DNA from: an uncultured bacterium
GTDB taxonomy: Bacteria; Patescibacteriota; Microgenomatia; Levybacterales; UBA12049
Assembly: GCA_963826535.1 (NCBI GenBank)
Contig: CAWGXL010000011.1
Location: 64,809-128,808, forward strand
Length of the DNA stretch: 64,000 nt
Reading direction: 5' to 3'
Positions within the stretch are counted from its first letter, which is position 1, and each line of letters opens with the position of its first letter. Positions 47,289 to 57,174 of the stretch are shown piece after piece. Under the pieces are notes generated by a model that saw only the letters and a list, made by a program, of their open reading frames with translations, searched no databases and was not told the DNA's origin. Both the position numbers and the translations under genes were made by a program.

Positions 47289-48197
47289 TTATATTTTCCA
47301 CCCTAATTCTATTTTGATCTCTTTTACAGACTTTTCGTATTGTTCTTTGGTTAGCTGATTATTTAAAATACAATATTTTTTTTTGGAGAGTCCTACGCAT
47401 CCGAAGCAGTCGGTGGAGTTCCTAAGATCTGCGCTATAGTAGCAATGCGTGCAATACTCAGAATTGTTTAAATACGCACATTCATAATTAGCATCAGAAT
47501 CAGTAATTTCATAACAGCGTTCAGAAAAAATTCTTTTGTTTACATCTCCTCCGTTATAAAAGCCATCCCAGCAGTTTTTCAACAGTCCTCCTATTGTTAA
47601 ATAACCAGAATTTTCACTTTCGTAACTGTTAAAGCACCAATAGCAGTTTTTTGAATCATACATGTAATTTCCATATAGGCAATTTTCACTATTGAACTGC
47701 TGGCTTGCTGGATGGGGGATTTTTTGTTTTAAATCAAACATTTTCTTGAGTAAGTTATCATGCTTCTCTTTTTTCAATTCATCAACCTTTTTCAGATATT
47801 CCTCTTTAGAGTACTGCTTATTAAAAATGCAATATTTTTTGTGTGTTAAGCCAATACAGCCGAAGCAATTTGTGCAATTGTTTAAATAAGCCGATAAATG
47901 ACAATCAGTAGAATTGTTTGAATCAAAAATATAAGTGCAGCTATGGCATTTAGTTGAGTCAACTGACTCGTAGCATTTTTCTGATTCCATTTGTACAAAA
48001 GTACAATCTACAAGTTTATTCCCCCAGCAATAGTAACAATATATACTATCTACGAGCAAATAACAGCCGATGCTATAATAGCAATTTTTACTGCTATAAC
48101 AATAATCTACGTAGTGACAATCAATTGAATGGGTACCAATTGCAGCCGGGACAGGAATTGATTTTTTAAGGAGTTGGTATTTTTCAATGAATGTCAT
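47289..48197 (-). CDS. Cysteine-rich MTFLEKY-family protein (array position B)
   Basis: 302 aa. Shares the upstream block ttaagaagtatgccttatttaaac with copy B'. Confidence 0.7.
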   Translation of the reverse strand: MTFIEKYQLLKKSIPVPAAIGTHSIDCHYVDYCYSSKNCYYSIGCYLLVDSIYCYYCWGNKLVDCTFVQMESEKCYESVDSTKCHSCTYIFDSNNSTDCHLSAYLNNCTNCFGCIGLTHKKYCIFNKQYSKEEYLKKVDELKKEKHDNLLKKMFDLKQKIPHPASQQFNSENCLYGNYMYDSKNCYWCFNSYESENSGYLTIGGLLKNCWDGFYNGGDVNKRIFSERCYEITDSDANYECAYLNNSEYCTHCYYSADLRNSTDCFGCVGLSKKKYCILNNQLTKEQYEKSVKEIKIELGWKI

Positions 48198-48345
48198 AAT
48201 TCAGTTAAGAAGTATGCCTTATTTAAACATACAAGTTGGGTATTTACAAGCAAAAATAATAAGTGCATGAAAGTTTTGCTTGACTAGAGTTTAGGATGGG
48301 TAAAAACTTTGTAGTTTATTATAAATTACTAATTATTTGCAATAA

Positions 48346-49258
48346 TTAATATTTCCACCCAAGCTCTTTTTTTATAATTTTTACTGCTTTTTCGTATTGT
48401 TCTTTTGTAAGCTGATTATTCAAAATACAGTATTTTTTATTCTTAAGTCCCACACAGCCGAAGCAGTCTGTGCAGTTTGTAAGATCTGCGCTATGGTAAC
48501 AATTCGTGTTATTCTCAGAATTATATAAATAGGCGCATTCATAATTACATCTGGATTCAGTCAATTCATAACATCGCTCTGACTTTGTTTTGGTACCAGG
48601 AATCCCACCAGAGCGAAACATATCCCAACATTTTATTGCACTAGCAATAACAAATATATAGCCGGAATCTTCGCTATAAAATGCGCTAAAACTCCAAAAA
48701 CAATTTTTGGAGTCATATAAATAATTCCCATAAGGAGAATTTTCAGTGTTGGACTGCTGGCTTGCGGGATGTGGGATTTGTTTTTTTAATTCATTCATTC
48801 GCTCAAGAATTTTTTCCGGCTTTTCTTTTTTTAATTCAGAAAGTTTTTTAAAATACTCATCTTTTTTATATTGTTTATTAAATATGCAATACTTCTTGTG
48901 GCTTAGAGCAACACAACCAAAGCAATCTGTGCATGAGTTTAATAAAGCGGAAAAATGACAGTCTGTACTGTTATTGCATTCTATAAGATATGTAGAGCTA
49001 TAGCACTTTGTACATGCAACACATTCATAGCAGTTTTCAGACTCATACAAATATGAGCATTCAACAAGATTATTACTGGCGGCACAGAAATAAGTATAAA
49101 TACAGTACTCGAAGAGTGCTCCCGTCAAAACAGTAATAGCAATTTTTACTTCTGTATGTACCGTCTACATATTCACTGTCAACGGTATACGGACCAATCG
49201 ACACAGATTGAACGGGGATGGATTTTTTTAGGAGTTGGTATTTTTCAAGAAAGGTCAT
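48346..49258 (-). pseudogene. Cysteine-rich MTFLEKY-family paralog (array position A'), frameshifted near the 5' end
   Basis: Family N-terminus MTFLEKYQLLKKSIPVQSV lies in ORF 49073..49258. The remainder lies in ORF 48346..49128 in another frame. Confidence 0.6.
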
Positions 49259-49290
49259 AGATCGATATTATAGCAGTAATTTATTGATGA

Positions 49291-50199
49291 TTATATTTTC
49301 CACCCTAATTCTTTTTTTATTTCTTTTACAGATTTTTCATATTGTTCTTTGGTTAACTGATTATTTAATATACAATATTTTTTTTTGGAGAGTCCTACGC
49401 AACCAAAACAGTCTGTGCAGTTTCTGAGATCGGCGCTGTAATTACAATTCGTGTTATATTCGGAATTGTTTAAATACGCACATTCATAATTAGCATCTGA
49501 ATCAATACATTCATAACAGCGCTCAGAGAAAATTTTCTTGTTCCAATCGCCTCCACAATAAAAGAGTTCCCAACTATTTTTCATTAAGCCGCTCATGCTA
49601 AAATATCCGGAATTTTCACACTCATAACTATTAAATGCCCAGTAACAATTTTTTGAATCATAAATATAATTTCCATAAAGACAGTTCTCAGTGTTGAATT
49701 GTTGGCTTGCTGGATGCGGTATACTTTTCTTCAATTCAAACATTCTCTTGAGTAGTATTTCAGGATTTTCTTTTTTTAACTCTCGGACCCTTTTAACATA
49801 CTCTTCTTTACTGTACTGTTTATTAAAGATGCAGTATTTTTTGTGTGTCAGCGCAACACAACCGAAGCAATCTGTACATTTGTTTAAATATGCCGAGAAA
49901 TGACAATCAGTAGAATTGTTTGAATCAAAAATATAAGTGCAGCTATGGCATTTAGTTGAGTCAACTGACTCGTAGCATTTTTCTGATTTCACCTGTACAT
50001 AAGTACAATCTACAAGTTTATTTCCCCAGCAATAGTACGAATATAAACCATCTACTTGTAAAAAACAGCCAATACTATAATGACAATTTTTACTACTGTA
50101 GCAATAATCCACATAGTCACAATCAACCGAATGAGAACCTATATAAGCCGGCACAGGAATGGATTTTTTTAGGAGTTGGTATTTTTCAAGGAAGGTCAT
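49291..50199 (-). CDS. Cysteine-rich MTFLEKY-family protein (array position B')
   Basis: 302 aa. Highly similar to 47289..48197, including the flanking non-coding sequence. Confidence 0.7.
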   Translation of the reverse strand: MTFLEKYQLLKKSIPVPAYIGSHSVDCDYVDYCYSSKNCHYSIGCFLQVDGLYSYYCWGNKLVDCTYVQVKSEKCYESVDSTKCHSCTYIFDSNNSTDCHFSAYLNKCTDCFGCVALTHKKYCIFNKQYSKEEYVKRVRELKKENPEILLKRMFELKKSIPHPASQQFNTENCLYGNYIYDSKNCYWAFNSYECENSGYFSMSGLMKNSWELFYCGGDWNKKIFSERCYECIDSDANYECAYLNNSEYNTNCNYSADLRNCTDCFGCVGLSKKKYCILNNQLTKEQYEKSVKEIKKELGWKI

Positions 50200-50290
50200 A
50201 TTTTGATTAAGAAGTATGCCTTATTTAAACACACAAGGCGGGTATTTACAAGCAAAAATTAAATAACTACTCACTTAGTAACCAAAAATT

Positions 50291-50383
50291 GTCATTGCGA
50301 GGAGCACCCCGCTGAGCGGGGGCGACGAAGCAATCTCCATTAACAATGGGATTGCCGCGCTCTCCCGATTTAATCGGGATCGC
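50291..50383. repeat. MITE-like palindromic element (gtcattgcgag ... ctcgcaatgac) containing the cccgatttaatcggg hairpin
   Basis: 11-nt perfect terminal inverted repeats. Internal hairpins cccgctgagcggg and cccgatttaatcggg. Lies 69 nt upstream of metG. Confidence 0.55.
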
Positions 50384-50451
50384 TCGCAATGACATCCAGT
50401 GAGCAGGTAGAATATGAAACCTTGTGTATCTAGCTTCAGTCTGATAAAATT

Positions 50452-51906
50452 TTGCAAATGGCCAAGTTTTATATTACCAATGCTATCCCCTACGTAAACG
50501 CTCGTCCTCATATCGGTCATGCGCTGGAATTTGTGCAGTCGGATTGTTTGGCACGCTATCATTCGTTGCTGGGGGATGAAGTTATGCTTTTATGCGGGGG
50601 CGACGAGAATGCTTTAAAAAATGTCCAGGCAGCTGAAAAAGCGGGAAAACCTATTCAGGAATTTGTCGATACTAATACGAAAGTTTTTTTAGATTTATCC
50701 AAAAAACTCCATGTGCAATTTGATGCCTGGCAAAAAGGCAGTGATATGAAACACCACGCCGCAAGTCAGGACTTGTGGGAACTCTGTGCAAAGAGCGGAG
50801 ATATTTATAAAAAATCCTATAAAGGGTTGTATTGTGTGGGCTGTGAGGCATTTTATACGGAAAGTGAGTTAGATGAGAATGGGGAATGCTTTGAACATCC
50901 CGGAAAAAAGCTTGAAATTGTTGAAGAGGAAAATTATTTTTTCCGGCTCTCAAAATATGAAAGCCAGATCCGCGGTTTAATTGAAACAGATAAATTAAAA
51001 ATAGTGCCATTAGCTCATAAAAATGAAGTTCTAGCTTTCTTAAAAAGAGGGCTGCAAGACTTTAGCATCTCCCGAAGTGATGAGCGAGCTAAAAATTGGG
51101 GAGTGCCTGTTCCCGGAGATAACTCGCAAAGAATGTATGTTTGGTTTGATGCATTGAATATATATATGAGCGGGATAGGTTTTCCAAGTGATGAAAAAAC
51201 TTATAAAAAATGGTGGCCTGCCGATGTCCATGTGATCGGAAAAGGAATTATCCGATTCCATGCCTTATATTGGCCGGGAATTTTACTTTCGGCAAAACTG
51301 GCTTTGCCCAAATCACTTTTTGTGCATGAATACTTTACAGTAAATGGACAAAAGATGTCCAAAACGCTTGGGAATGTAATTGATCCTTTCGAACTAATAC
51401 GGAAATATGGGGCCGAATCATTAAGATATTATTTTCTCGCGAAATTTTCACCTTTTTCCGATGGGGATTTTTCAGAAGAGAAATTTATTGATGTATATAA
51501 TGCTGATTTAGCAAATGGACTGGGGAATCTGATTGCCCGCGTAGCTAAATTGTGCGAAACTATTGATTACCAACAAATGGGTTCGGAAAGTCGCGTAAGC
51601 GAACATGTAATTGAGGACAGCGAATATACCAAAGCATTACAAGAATTCAAGTTTAATGAAGCGGTTAGCTCAGTATGGAGAAAAATTACGGCACTTGATC
51701 AATACATAAATCAAGAAAAACCTTGGGACTTAATAAAAACAAATAGTCAGAAATTGCCGACAATACTAGCACACTGCGTCGATCAAATACAAGAAATTAG
51801 TCTACTTCTAAAACCTTTTATGCCCCAAACATCGGAAAAGATTCTGGAGCAATTCAAGGGGCCGAAAATAGTTGCCCAGAAACCTCTGTTTCCAAGAATA
51901 AAATGA
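50452..51906 (+). CDS. metG: Methionyl-tRNA synthetase (short form, no C-terminal tRNA-binding domain)
   Basis: NAIPYVNARPHIGHALE (HIGH region), zinc knuckle CVGCEAF...C, KMSKTLGN. Confidence 0.9.
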   Translation: MQMAKFYITNAIPYVNARPHIGHALEFVQSDCLARYHSLLGDEVMLLCGGDENALKNVQAAEKAGKPIQEFVDTNTKVFLDLSKKLHVQFDAWQKGSDMKHHAASQDLWELCAKSGDIYKKSYKGLYCVGCEAFYTESELDENGECFEHPGKKLEIVEEENYFFRLSKYESQIRGLIETDKLKIVPLAHKNEVLAFLKRGLQDFSISRSDERAKNWGVPVPGDNSQRMYVWFDALNIYMSGIGFPSDEKTYKKWWPADVHVIGKGIIRFHALYWPGILLSAKLALPKSLFVHEYFTVNGQKMSKTLGNVIDPFELIRKYGAESLRYYFLAKFSPFSDGDFSEEKFIDVYNADLANGLGNLIARVAKLCETIDYQQMGSESRVSEHVIEDSEYTKALQEFKFNEAVSSVWRKITALDQYINQEKPWDLIKTNSQKLPTILAHCVDQIQEISLLLKPFMPQTSEKILEQFKGPKIVAQKPLFPRIK

Positions 51907-52763
51907 TCGATGCGCACTGCCATCTCAATTTCCACTCATTTGAAAAAGATTACGACGAGGTAGTCAAGAATGCTATTGCTGCAGGCGTCACAAAAATAAT
52001 TAATGCAGGCACTCAAATAAGCTCAAGCAAATGGGCTGTTGATTTGGCAGAAAAGTATGAAAATTTATATGCGGTGGCCGGTGTTCACCCGCATCACGCG
52101 GATAAAATCCCCCCAACCCCCTTTACTAAAGGGGGCAAGAGGGATTTGGGGGCTGCCGAAGGTAATTGGTTGGAAGACCTTGAGAATATTGCCAGACACC
52201 CAAAGGTTGTTGGAATTGGTGAATGCGGACTGGATTATTTTAACTATCAATCAAACGGGATCGTTGAACCAAGAATACAAAAAAAAATATTTATTGATCA
52301 TTTAGAACTTGCCCATAAATTAAAACTTCCTTTGCAAATTCATAGTAGGGATGAGAGTGCAAGACAGGATATTTTAGAAATACTTAAATACCATTATGAT
52401 TTGCTGCAACCTGTGCCTGGGATGTTCCATTGTATGGCTGGGTCAATAGATTCGTTAAAAAGAGTACTTGAATTAGGATTTTATGTGGGTTTTGATGGCA
52501 ATATTACATATAAAGGAATACCATCCGGTGAACCGGAGCCGTTAGTAAAGTTAGTAGAATACGCACCACTTGACCGAATAGTAATTGAAACAGACAGCCC
52601 TTATCTCCCACCTATTCAATATAGAGGCCAAAGAAATGAGCCTAAATATGCTATAATAACAGGAGAATTCGTTGCTAAAGTCAAAGGTGTTCCATTTGAA
52701 AAAGTAGTGGAGCAAACAGACAAGAACGTATATACTGTCTTTAGTAAGTTAAAAACATTATGA
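51903..52763 (+). CDS. tatD: TatD-family metal-dependent hydrolase with an internal about 13-aa insertion
   Basis: MIDAHCHLN, GVHPHHA and GECGLDY TatD motifs. Extra segment IPPTPFTKGGKRD is encoded by a GC-rich hairpin. Confidence 0.8.
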   Translation: MIDAHCHLNFHSFEKDYDEVVKNAIAAGVTKIINAGTQISSSKWAVDLAEKYENLYAVAGVHPHHADKIPPTPFTKGGKRDLGAAEGNWLEDLENIARHPKVVGIGECGLDYFNYQSNGIVEPRIQKKIFIDHLELAHKLKLPLQIHSRDESARQDILEILKYHYDLLQPVPGMFHCMAGSIDSLKRVLELGFYVGFDGNITYKGIPSGEPEPLVKLVEYAPLDRIVIETDSPYLPPIQYRGQRNEPKYAIITGEFVAKVKGVPFEKVVEQTDKNVYTVFSKLKTL

Positions 52764-54253
52764 CTTCCTTTTTTTCAAAAATATTCCAGCGGTATCCGAT
52801 AAAAACACGGCGTTCATTGGAATTATTGCCTGGGTTTTTGGTTTGGACCGTTATATTATTTCCTATTTGGGGATCATTTCTAATTCCGACAACTGTTGCC
52901 TATTTTATTCTCTTTTTCGATATCTTCTTCTTCTATAAATCATTTTCCCTGAGCATAACAGCCTCAATTGCATCCAAAAAAATAAGAGAGACAGAAAAAC
53001 AAAACTGGTTTGAAAAAGTTAAACAACTCCCAAATGAGAATCAGGTCCACCACGTTTTGGTAATTCCCAACTATAAGGAGAAGACGGAAAAAATCCGGAC
53101 AACATTACAAGCATTAGCCCGACAATCATATCCAGCAACGCGTCTACATGTTGTTCTTGCAATGGAATTGCGGGAAAAAGAAGCACATGCCCGAGCGGCT
53201 ATACTTATTAAAGAATACAAACACGTCTTTGGCAGTATTTTTGCGACTTATCATCCGGATTTACCCATGGAAGTAAAAGGCAAATCATCCAACGAGGCAT
53301 TTGCCGGCAGAGCTGCTTATCATGAGCTTTTCGAAAAGGGGCATTTAGATATTAATTATGCAACTGTATCCTCGGTTGATGCTGATTCAATTTTTGATAA
53401 AGAATTTTTTGCTCATTTGGCGTATAAATTTCTAACTGACAACAAACGATATAACAAATTCTGGCAATCAGCAACTGTATACCACAATAATGTGTGGCAA
53501 GTACCTGCTCCTACGCGAATTATTTCTTTTTTTGGGAGCCTATGGCGTACAGCGTTATTAGTCCAAGGAGACAGGCTTATTCCCAATTCTACCTATTCGC
53601 TTTCATTTAAATTGCTTAAAGAAATAGACTTCTGGGATGTAGATGTTATTCCGGAAGATTACCGCATATTCTTTAAAGCTTTTTTCCGGATGAAGGGCCA
53701 GATTTGGGTTGAACCAATTTTTCTCAAAACTTCCATGGACACGGCGCAGTCTGTAGGGTATATAAACAGTTTAAGGAATAAATATGATCAGGAACGAAGA
53801 TGGGCATGGGGCGTATCGGATGACCCATTATTTATTCAATGGTGGCTGACTGTCCCCGGCTTACCGTTCGTGAGAAAAACTCTGCTCCTATACCATGTTC
53901 TACTCGACCATATTCTCTGGCCGACTAATTGGTTCATAGTAACTATTGCAGCCAATATCATGGCTCTGTTAAATCCTGTATTTTCAAGGACATCGCTCGG
54001 ATATTACTTGCCGCAGTTAGCAGGGGTTCTTTTAAATACATGCCTGATAGCTCTGGTTGTAATGTTGTATATTGATTATAAGAACCGGCCGGAAAATGCT
54101 AAGTTACCACTCAGGCGCAAATTGTTATTTCCGCTCGAATTTCTGCTCATGCCGGTTGTGGGTTTTTTCCTGTCAGCTCTACCAGCTCTAATATCTCATA
54201 CCCAACTTATGCTCGGAAAAAGGATGGAATATAAAGTGACTGAAAAAGTGTAA
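52760..54253 (+). CDS. Integral-membrane processive family-2 glycosyltransferase (cellulose/chitin-synthase-like)
   Basis: VDADS (DxD) and QERRWAWG (QxxRW) motifs, flanked by N- and C-terminal TM helices. Confidence 0.6.
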   Translation: MTSFFSKIFQRYPIKTRRSLELLPGFLVWTVILFPIWGSFLIPTTVAYFILFFDIFFFYKSFSLSITASIASKKIRETEKQNWFEKVKQLPNENQVHHVLVIPNYKEKTEKIRTTLQALARQSYPATRLHVVLAMELREKEAHARAAILIKEYKHVFGSIFATYHPDLPMEVKGKSSNEAFAGRAAYHELFEKGHLDINYATVSSVDADSIFDKEFFAHLAYKFLTDNKRYNKFWQSATVYHNNVWQVPAPTRIISFFGSLWRTALLVQGDRLIPNSTYSLSFKLLKEIDFWDVDVIPEDYRIFFKAFFRMKGQIWVEPIFLKTSMDTAQSVGYINSLRNKYDQERRWAWGVSDDPLFIQWWLTVPGLPFVRKTLLLYHVLLDHILWPTNWFIVTIAANIMALLNPVFSRTSLGYYLPQLAGVLLNTCLIALVVMLYIDYKNRPENAKLPLRRKLLFPLEFLLMPVVGFFLSALPALISHTQLMLGKRMEYKVTEKV

Positions 54254-54469
54254 GCTTCTTTGTTTTGGAAATTGCGTTATAGTTATTTATGATACTAACT
54301 CTCCTTTTGGCAGTGGAGCCCAGGCTGTAGTAGTCTTTCCTCAAAACTGATTTTACTATTTACTTTATGACCTCGACCAAATCGCCCAATCCATCCGCTA
54401 CACCCCCTGAAAACTAGTAATTATATACTTCTTACTTTTTTATATTTGTTTTGGTAAAATACACGAGCT

Positions 54470-55393
54470 ATGGCTATATATAAACAATCTGGAAATAAGC
54501 TAATTTTGATTAAAGAAAAGAAAATTGATTTAGAAAAAACAATACAAAATCTTGTCGAAGAAAATTTAGAAGAGCTTTTTAATTTAAGTTTTGTATCAAC
54601 TGAATTTCCTCTTAACAATTTAAGAATTGATACCTTGGCATTTGACGAAGAGCTTAAGTCTTTTGTAATTATTGAATATAAGAAAGATAGAAGTATAAGT
54701 ATTATTGACCAAGGATACGCCTATTTAGCCATCCTTCTCAATAATAAAGCGGATTTCGTATTAGAATATAACGAGAGATGTAAAAAAAATTTAAGAAAAG
54801 ACGATATCGACTGGTCCCAATCAAAAGCTATATTCATCGCATCGTCCTTTACCACTTATCAGCAAGAAGCTATTGGCTTTCAGAATTTACCTATAGAACT
54901 GTGGGAAGCAAAGAAATATGATAGTGATTTGGTAACGTTAAATCAAATAAAGGCCTCAGAAAAAAGCGCAAGTATAAAAACTATTGCGAAAAACCAAGAT
55001 GTTGAAAGAGTATCTAGGGAAATAAAACAATATTCTATAGAAGATCACGTAAAACCGACATGGAATAAAGCTAGGGAATTATTTAACATTTTTTCCCAGC
55101 GAGTTCTAGAGCTTGATCCCCGTTTTGAAATGCATCCAGTAAAATATTACATCGGGTTTAATATTGAAAACAAGGTAGTATTTAATGTAAAAATTAGATC
55201 ATCAAAACTACTTCTTGAACTGTACAGAGTGAAGCCAGAAGATTTGAAAGACCCGGAAAAAAGAACAAGATATAGAAAAAATAGTTTTGAATACTACAAC
55301 AAACACGTAACGCAGTTTGATATTGATAACGAAGATGATATTGATTATGCAGTATCGTTAGTGAAGCAAGTTTACAAGAAATTTATAGAGTAA
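54470..55393 (+). CDS. PD-(D/E)XK nuclease-superfamily protein, function unknown
   Basis: IDTLAFDEELKSFVIIEYKKD conforms to the D...(D/E)xK core. Confidence 0.4.
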   Translation: MAIYKQSGNKLILIKEKKIDLEKTIQNLVEENLEELFNLSFVSTEFPLNNLRIDTLAFDEELKSFVIIEYKKDRSISIIDQGYAYLAILLNNKADFVLEYNERCKKNLRKDDIDWSQSKAIFIASSFTTYQQEAIGFQNLPIELWEAKKYDSDLVTLNQIKASEKSASIKTIAKNQDVERVSREIKQYSIEDHVKPTWNKARELFNIFSQRVLELDPRFEMHPVKYYIGFNIENKVVFNVKIRSSKLLLELYRVKPEDLKDPEKRTRYRKNSFEYYNKHVTQFDIDNEDDIDYAVSLVKQVYKKFIE

Positions 55394-55503
55394 AAAAATT
55401 AAGAACAATATTTCACTTTAAAGGTTCGGTGTCAAGCCGATACATCCGGAGCCGCAATTAGGGTGACAATCACAATGAAGAAAAAACTTATCAATCAAAA
55501 AGT

Positions 55504-56013
55504 ATGAGTAGAACAACGGAACAAGAAATAGATGAAATAAAACTTGCGCTTGAAGGGTTAGAGGACACACATCCTGATTACATGCCTCCTGAATTGAAAG
55601 AGATTCAGACGAGAGTGCTAGCCGTACACGCTCATCTGGAAAACACTCTTGAGACTAGGATCCTTCTTCAACTCAAAAAAGAAGTGCCCAACCTGGATGA
55701 TAAAACAAGACATGCAATCGCCTGGTCAATCCGACCTGTACTTGAATCACTCTAATATAAAGGAAAACTAGAAATCGTGAAAAACTATAAAGATGGCGCG
55801 ATTGAAAACTCACTCTCAAAAGTAAACAAGTATAGAATCGAGTTTGCACACCCACGCGGTATGGAACTTCGTAACAAGTACAACGCCGCAACCTCACAGG
55901 GTTTAGAGAATATAAGGAACGTCTATCGGTGTTTATTACAAGCATATCGAGAGATGGACAATTACTTTATCAAAATTGATGGCGTGCCGAAGATGAAGGA
56001 AAAACAATCATGA
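55504..56013 (+). pseudogene. HEPN-like small protein gene interrupted by a single in-frame TAA (ORFs 55504..55755 and 55777..56013 share one frame)
   Basis: The two ORFs share one frame and are separated only by the TAA at 55756-55758. The downstream part contains RIEFAH, an Rx4H HEPN-like motif. Confidence 0.4.
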
Positions 56014-56164
56014 TTGCAGATCTTTTCAAAGGATTTGATGAGTGAATTTACCAGCTTCGTGTAAATTAACTTCGCGCATTTTCTTTATGGAAATTCTTTA
56101 AGTTTTATTTGCAAACTTTTACATAAATTTGCCAAATTGAGGTTAGAATTGTTATAATCAGCTT

Positions 56165-56365
56165 ATGAAACAGAATAAAATAAATTTTGCAGAACTGCTT
56201 AAAAACTATAAAACAGGATGGGTTGGGATTTCATCGGATTTCAACTCTGTTGTCCTTAGCGGGAAAACACTTAAAGATGTCATGAATAAAGCTAAAAAAA
56301 TAAAAGGAAAAATCTATTTTTTCCCCGCCGGGCAATCTTATTCTGATTTTATAGGACAAAAATAG
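56165..56365 (+). CDS. Small protein, putative antitoxin-like partner of the downstream aspartyl protease
   Basis: 66 aa. Stop is 1 nt before the downstream start. No recognisable catalytic motif. Confidence 0.3.
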   Translation: MKQNKINFAELLKNYKTGWVGISSDFNSVVLSGKTLKDVMNKAKKIKGKIYFFPAGQSYSDFIGQK

Positions 56366-56366
56366 A

Positions 56367-56777
56367 ATGAGGTTCAAATATAGTCAGCTTCCTTCAGTAA
56401 AAAGCAAAGTAGTTCTAGCTCCTATCGTACCAATAACTTTTAAACACAAGGATAATGAATTTTCGACCTTCGCCCTAGTTGATTCAGGTGCTTCCAGCGC
56501 AATGATCTCAACAGTTATCGCAGAAGTTTTAGGAATCGATTGGGACAAAATCCCAACAGAAGTTGGTTTTACTCCTAGTGGACAATTTAGATTTCACACG
56601 GCAAAAAATATTGAGGCAGAGATAAACGGAAATAAATTTTCAATTAACCTCAGCATTGCAGAGGGAATATCTCCTTATCAGTGCATTTTTGGCCAAAAAG
56701 ATATATTTCAAAAAGCGAAAATCATCTTCGAAGCATATAATCAGGAATTCGAAATAATATTCAGAGATTATAATTAA
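56367..56777 (+). CDS. Retropepsin-like (clan AA) aspartic protease
   Basis: ALVDSGAS matches the D(S/T)GA active-site motif. 136 aa single-domain. Confidence 0.55.
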   Translation: MRFKYSQLPSVKSKVVLAPIVPITFKHKDNEFSTFALVDSGASSAMISTVIAEVLGIDWDKIPTEVGFTPSGQFRFHTAKNIEAEINGNKFSINLSIAEGISPYQCIFGQKDIFQKAKIIFEAYNQEFEIIFRDYN

Positions 56778-56801
56778 CCCTATAGACACTTTTAAATCAA
56801 T

Positions 56802-57116
56802 GTGAAAAGCATCCATAAAGAGAGAAAACAAAATAACATCCAAATACCCATAGACGACTTGAAATTTATTTTAGGTAAAGAATGGGAGGAATTCGAGAAT
56901 AAAATAACTACGCACTGTTATTGTGGACGCTGTAAATCAGATTATGTTTCTACAATAACAAACTACACAGTCACCTTTAATGACCTTAATGACATAGTCC
57001 TAAAAGGGTTCTGCAAAAGATGTAATTCTCCCATCGGCAGGTACGTCGAAACTGGTGAAGTCAAAAAATATATAAATTCAATTAAAGAATTAAGAAATAG
57101 ATATACAAAAAATTGA
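56802..57116 (+). CDS. Zinc-ribbon hypothetical protein
   Basis: HCYCGRC...CKRCNSP four-Cys arrangement. Confidence 0.3.
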   Translation: MKSIHKERKQNNIQIPIDDLKFILGKEWEEFENKITTHCYCGRCKSDYVSTITNYTVTFNDLNDIVLKGFCKRCNSPIGRYVETGEVKKYINSIKELRNRYTKN

Positions 57117-57174
57117 TCGGGATTTATAATCTTTACGAGTTGGCAGAGTAGAGATAAAAATCGTGGAGGTAAGG

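Noticed and set aside
50210-50451. Possible T-box riboswitch leader upstream of metG
   Set aside because: No T-box consensus (AATTAGGGTGGNACCGCG-like) or specifier-loop architecture. The structured region is better explained as the MITE-like palindromic element.
55756-55758. Alternative genetic code (stop reassignment) to explain in-frame stops
   Set aside because: TGA, TAA and TAG all terminate well-conserved r-protein genes at their expected ends in this window. The standard code fits.
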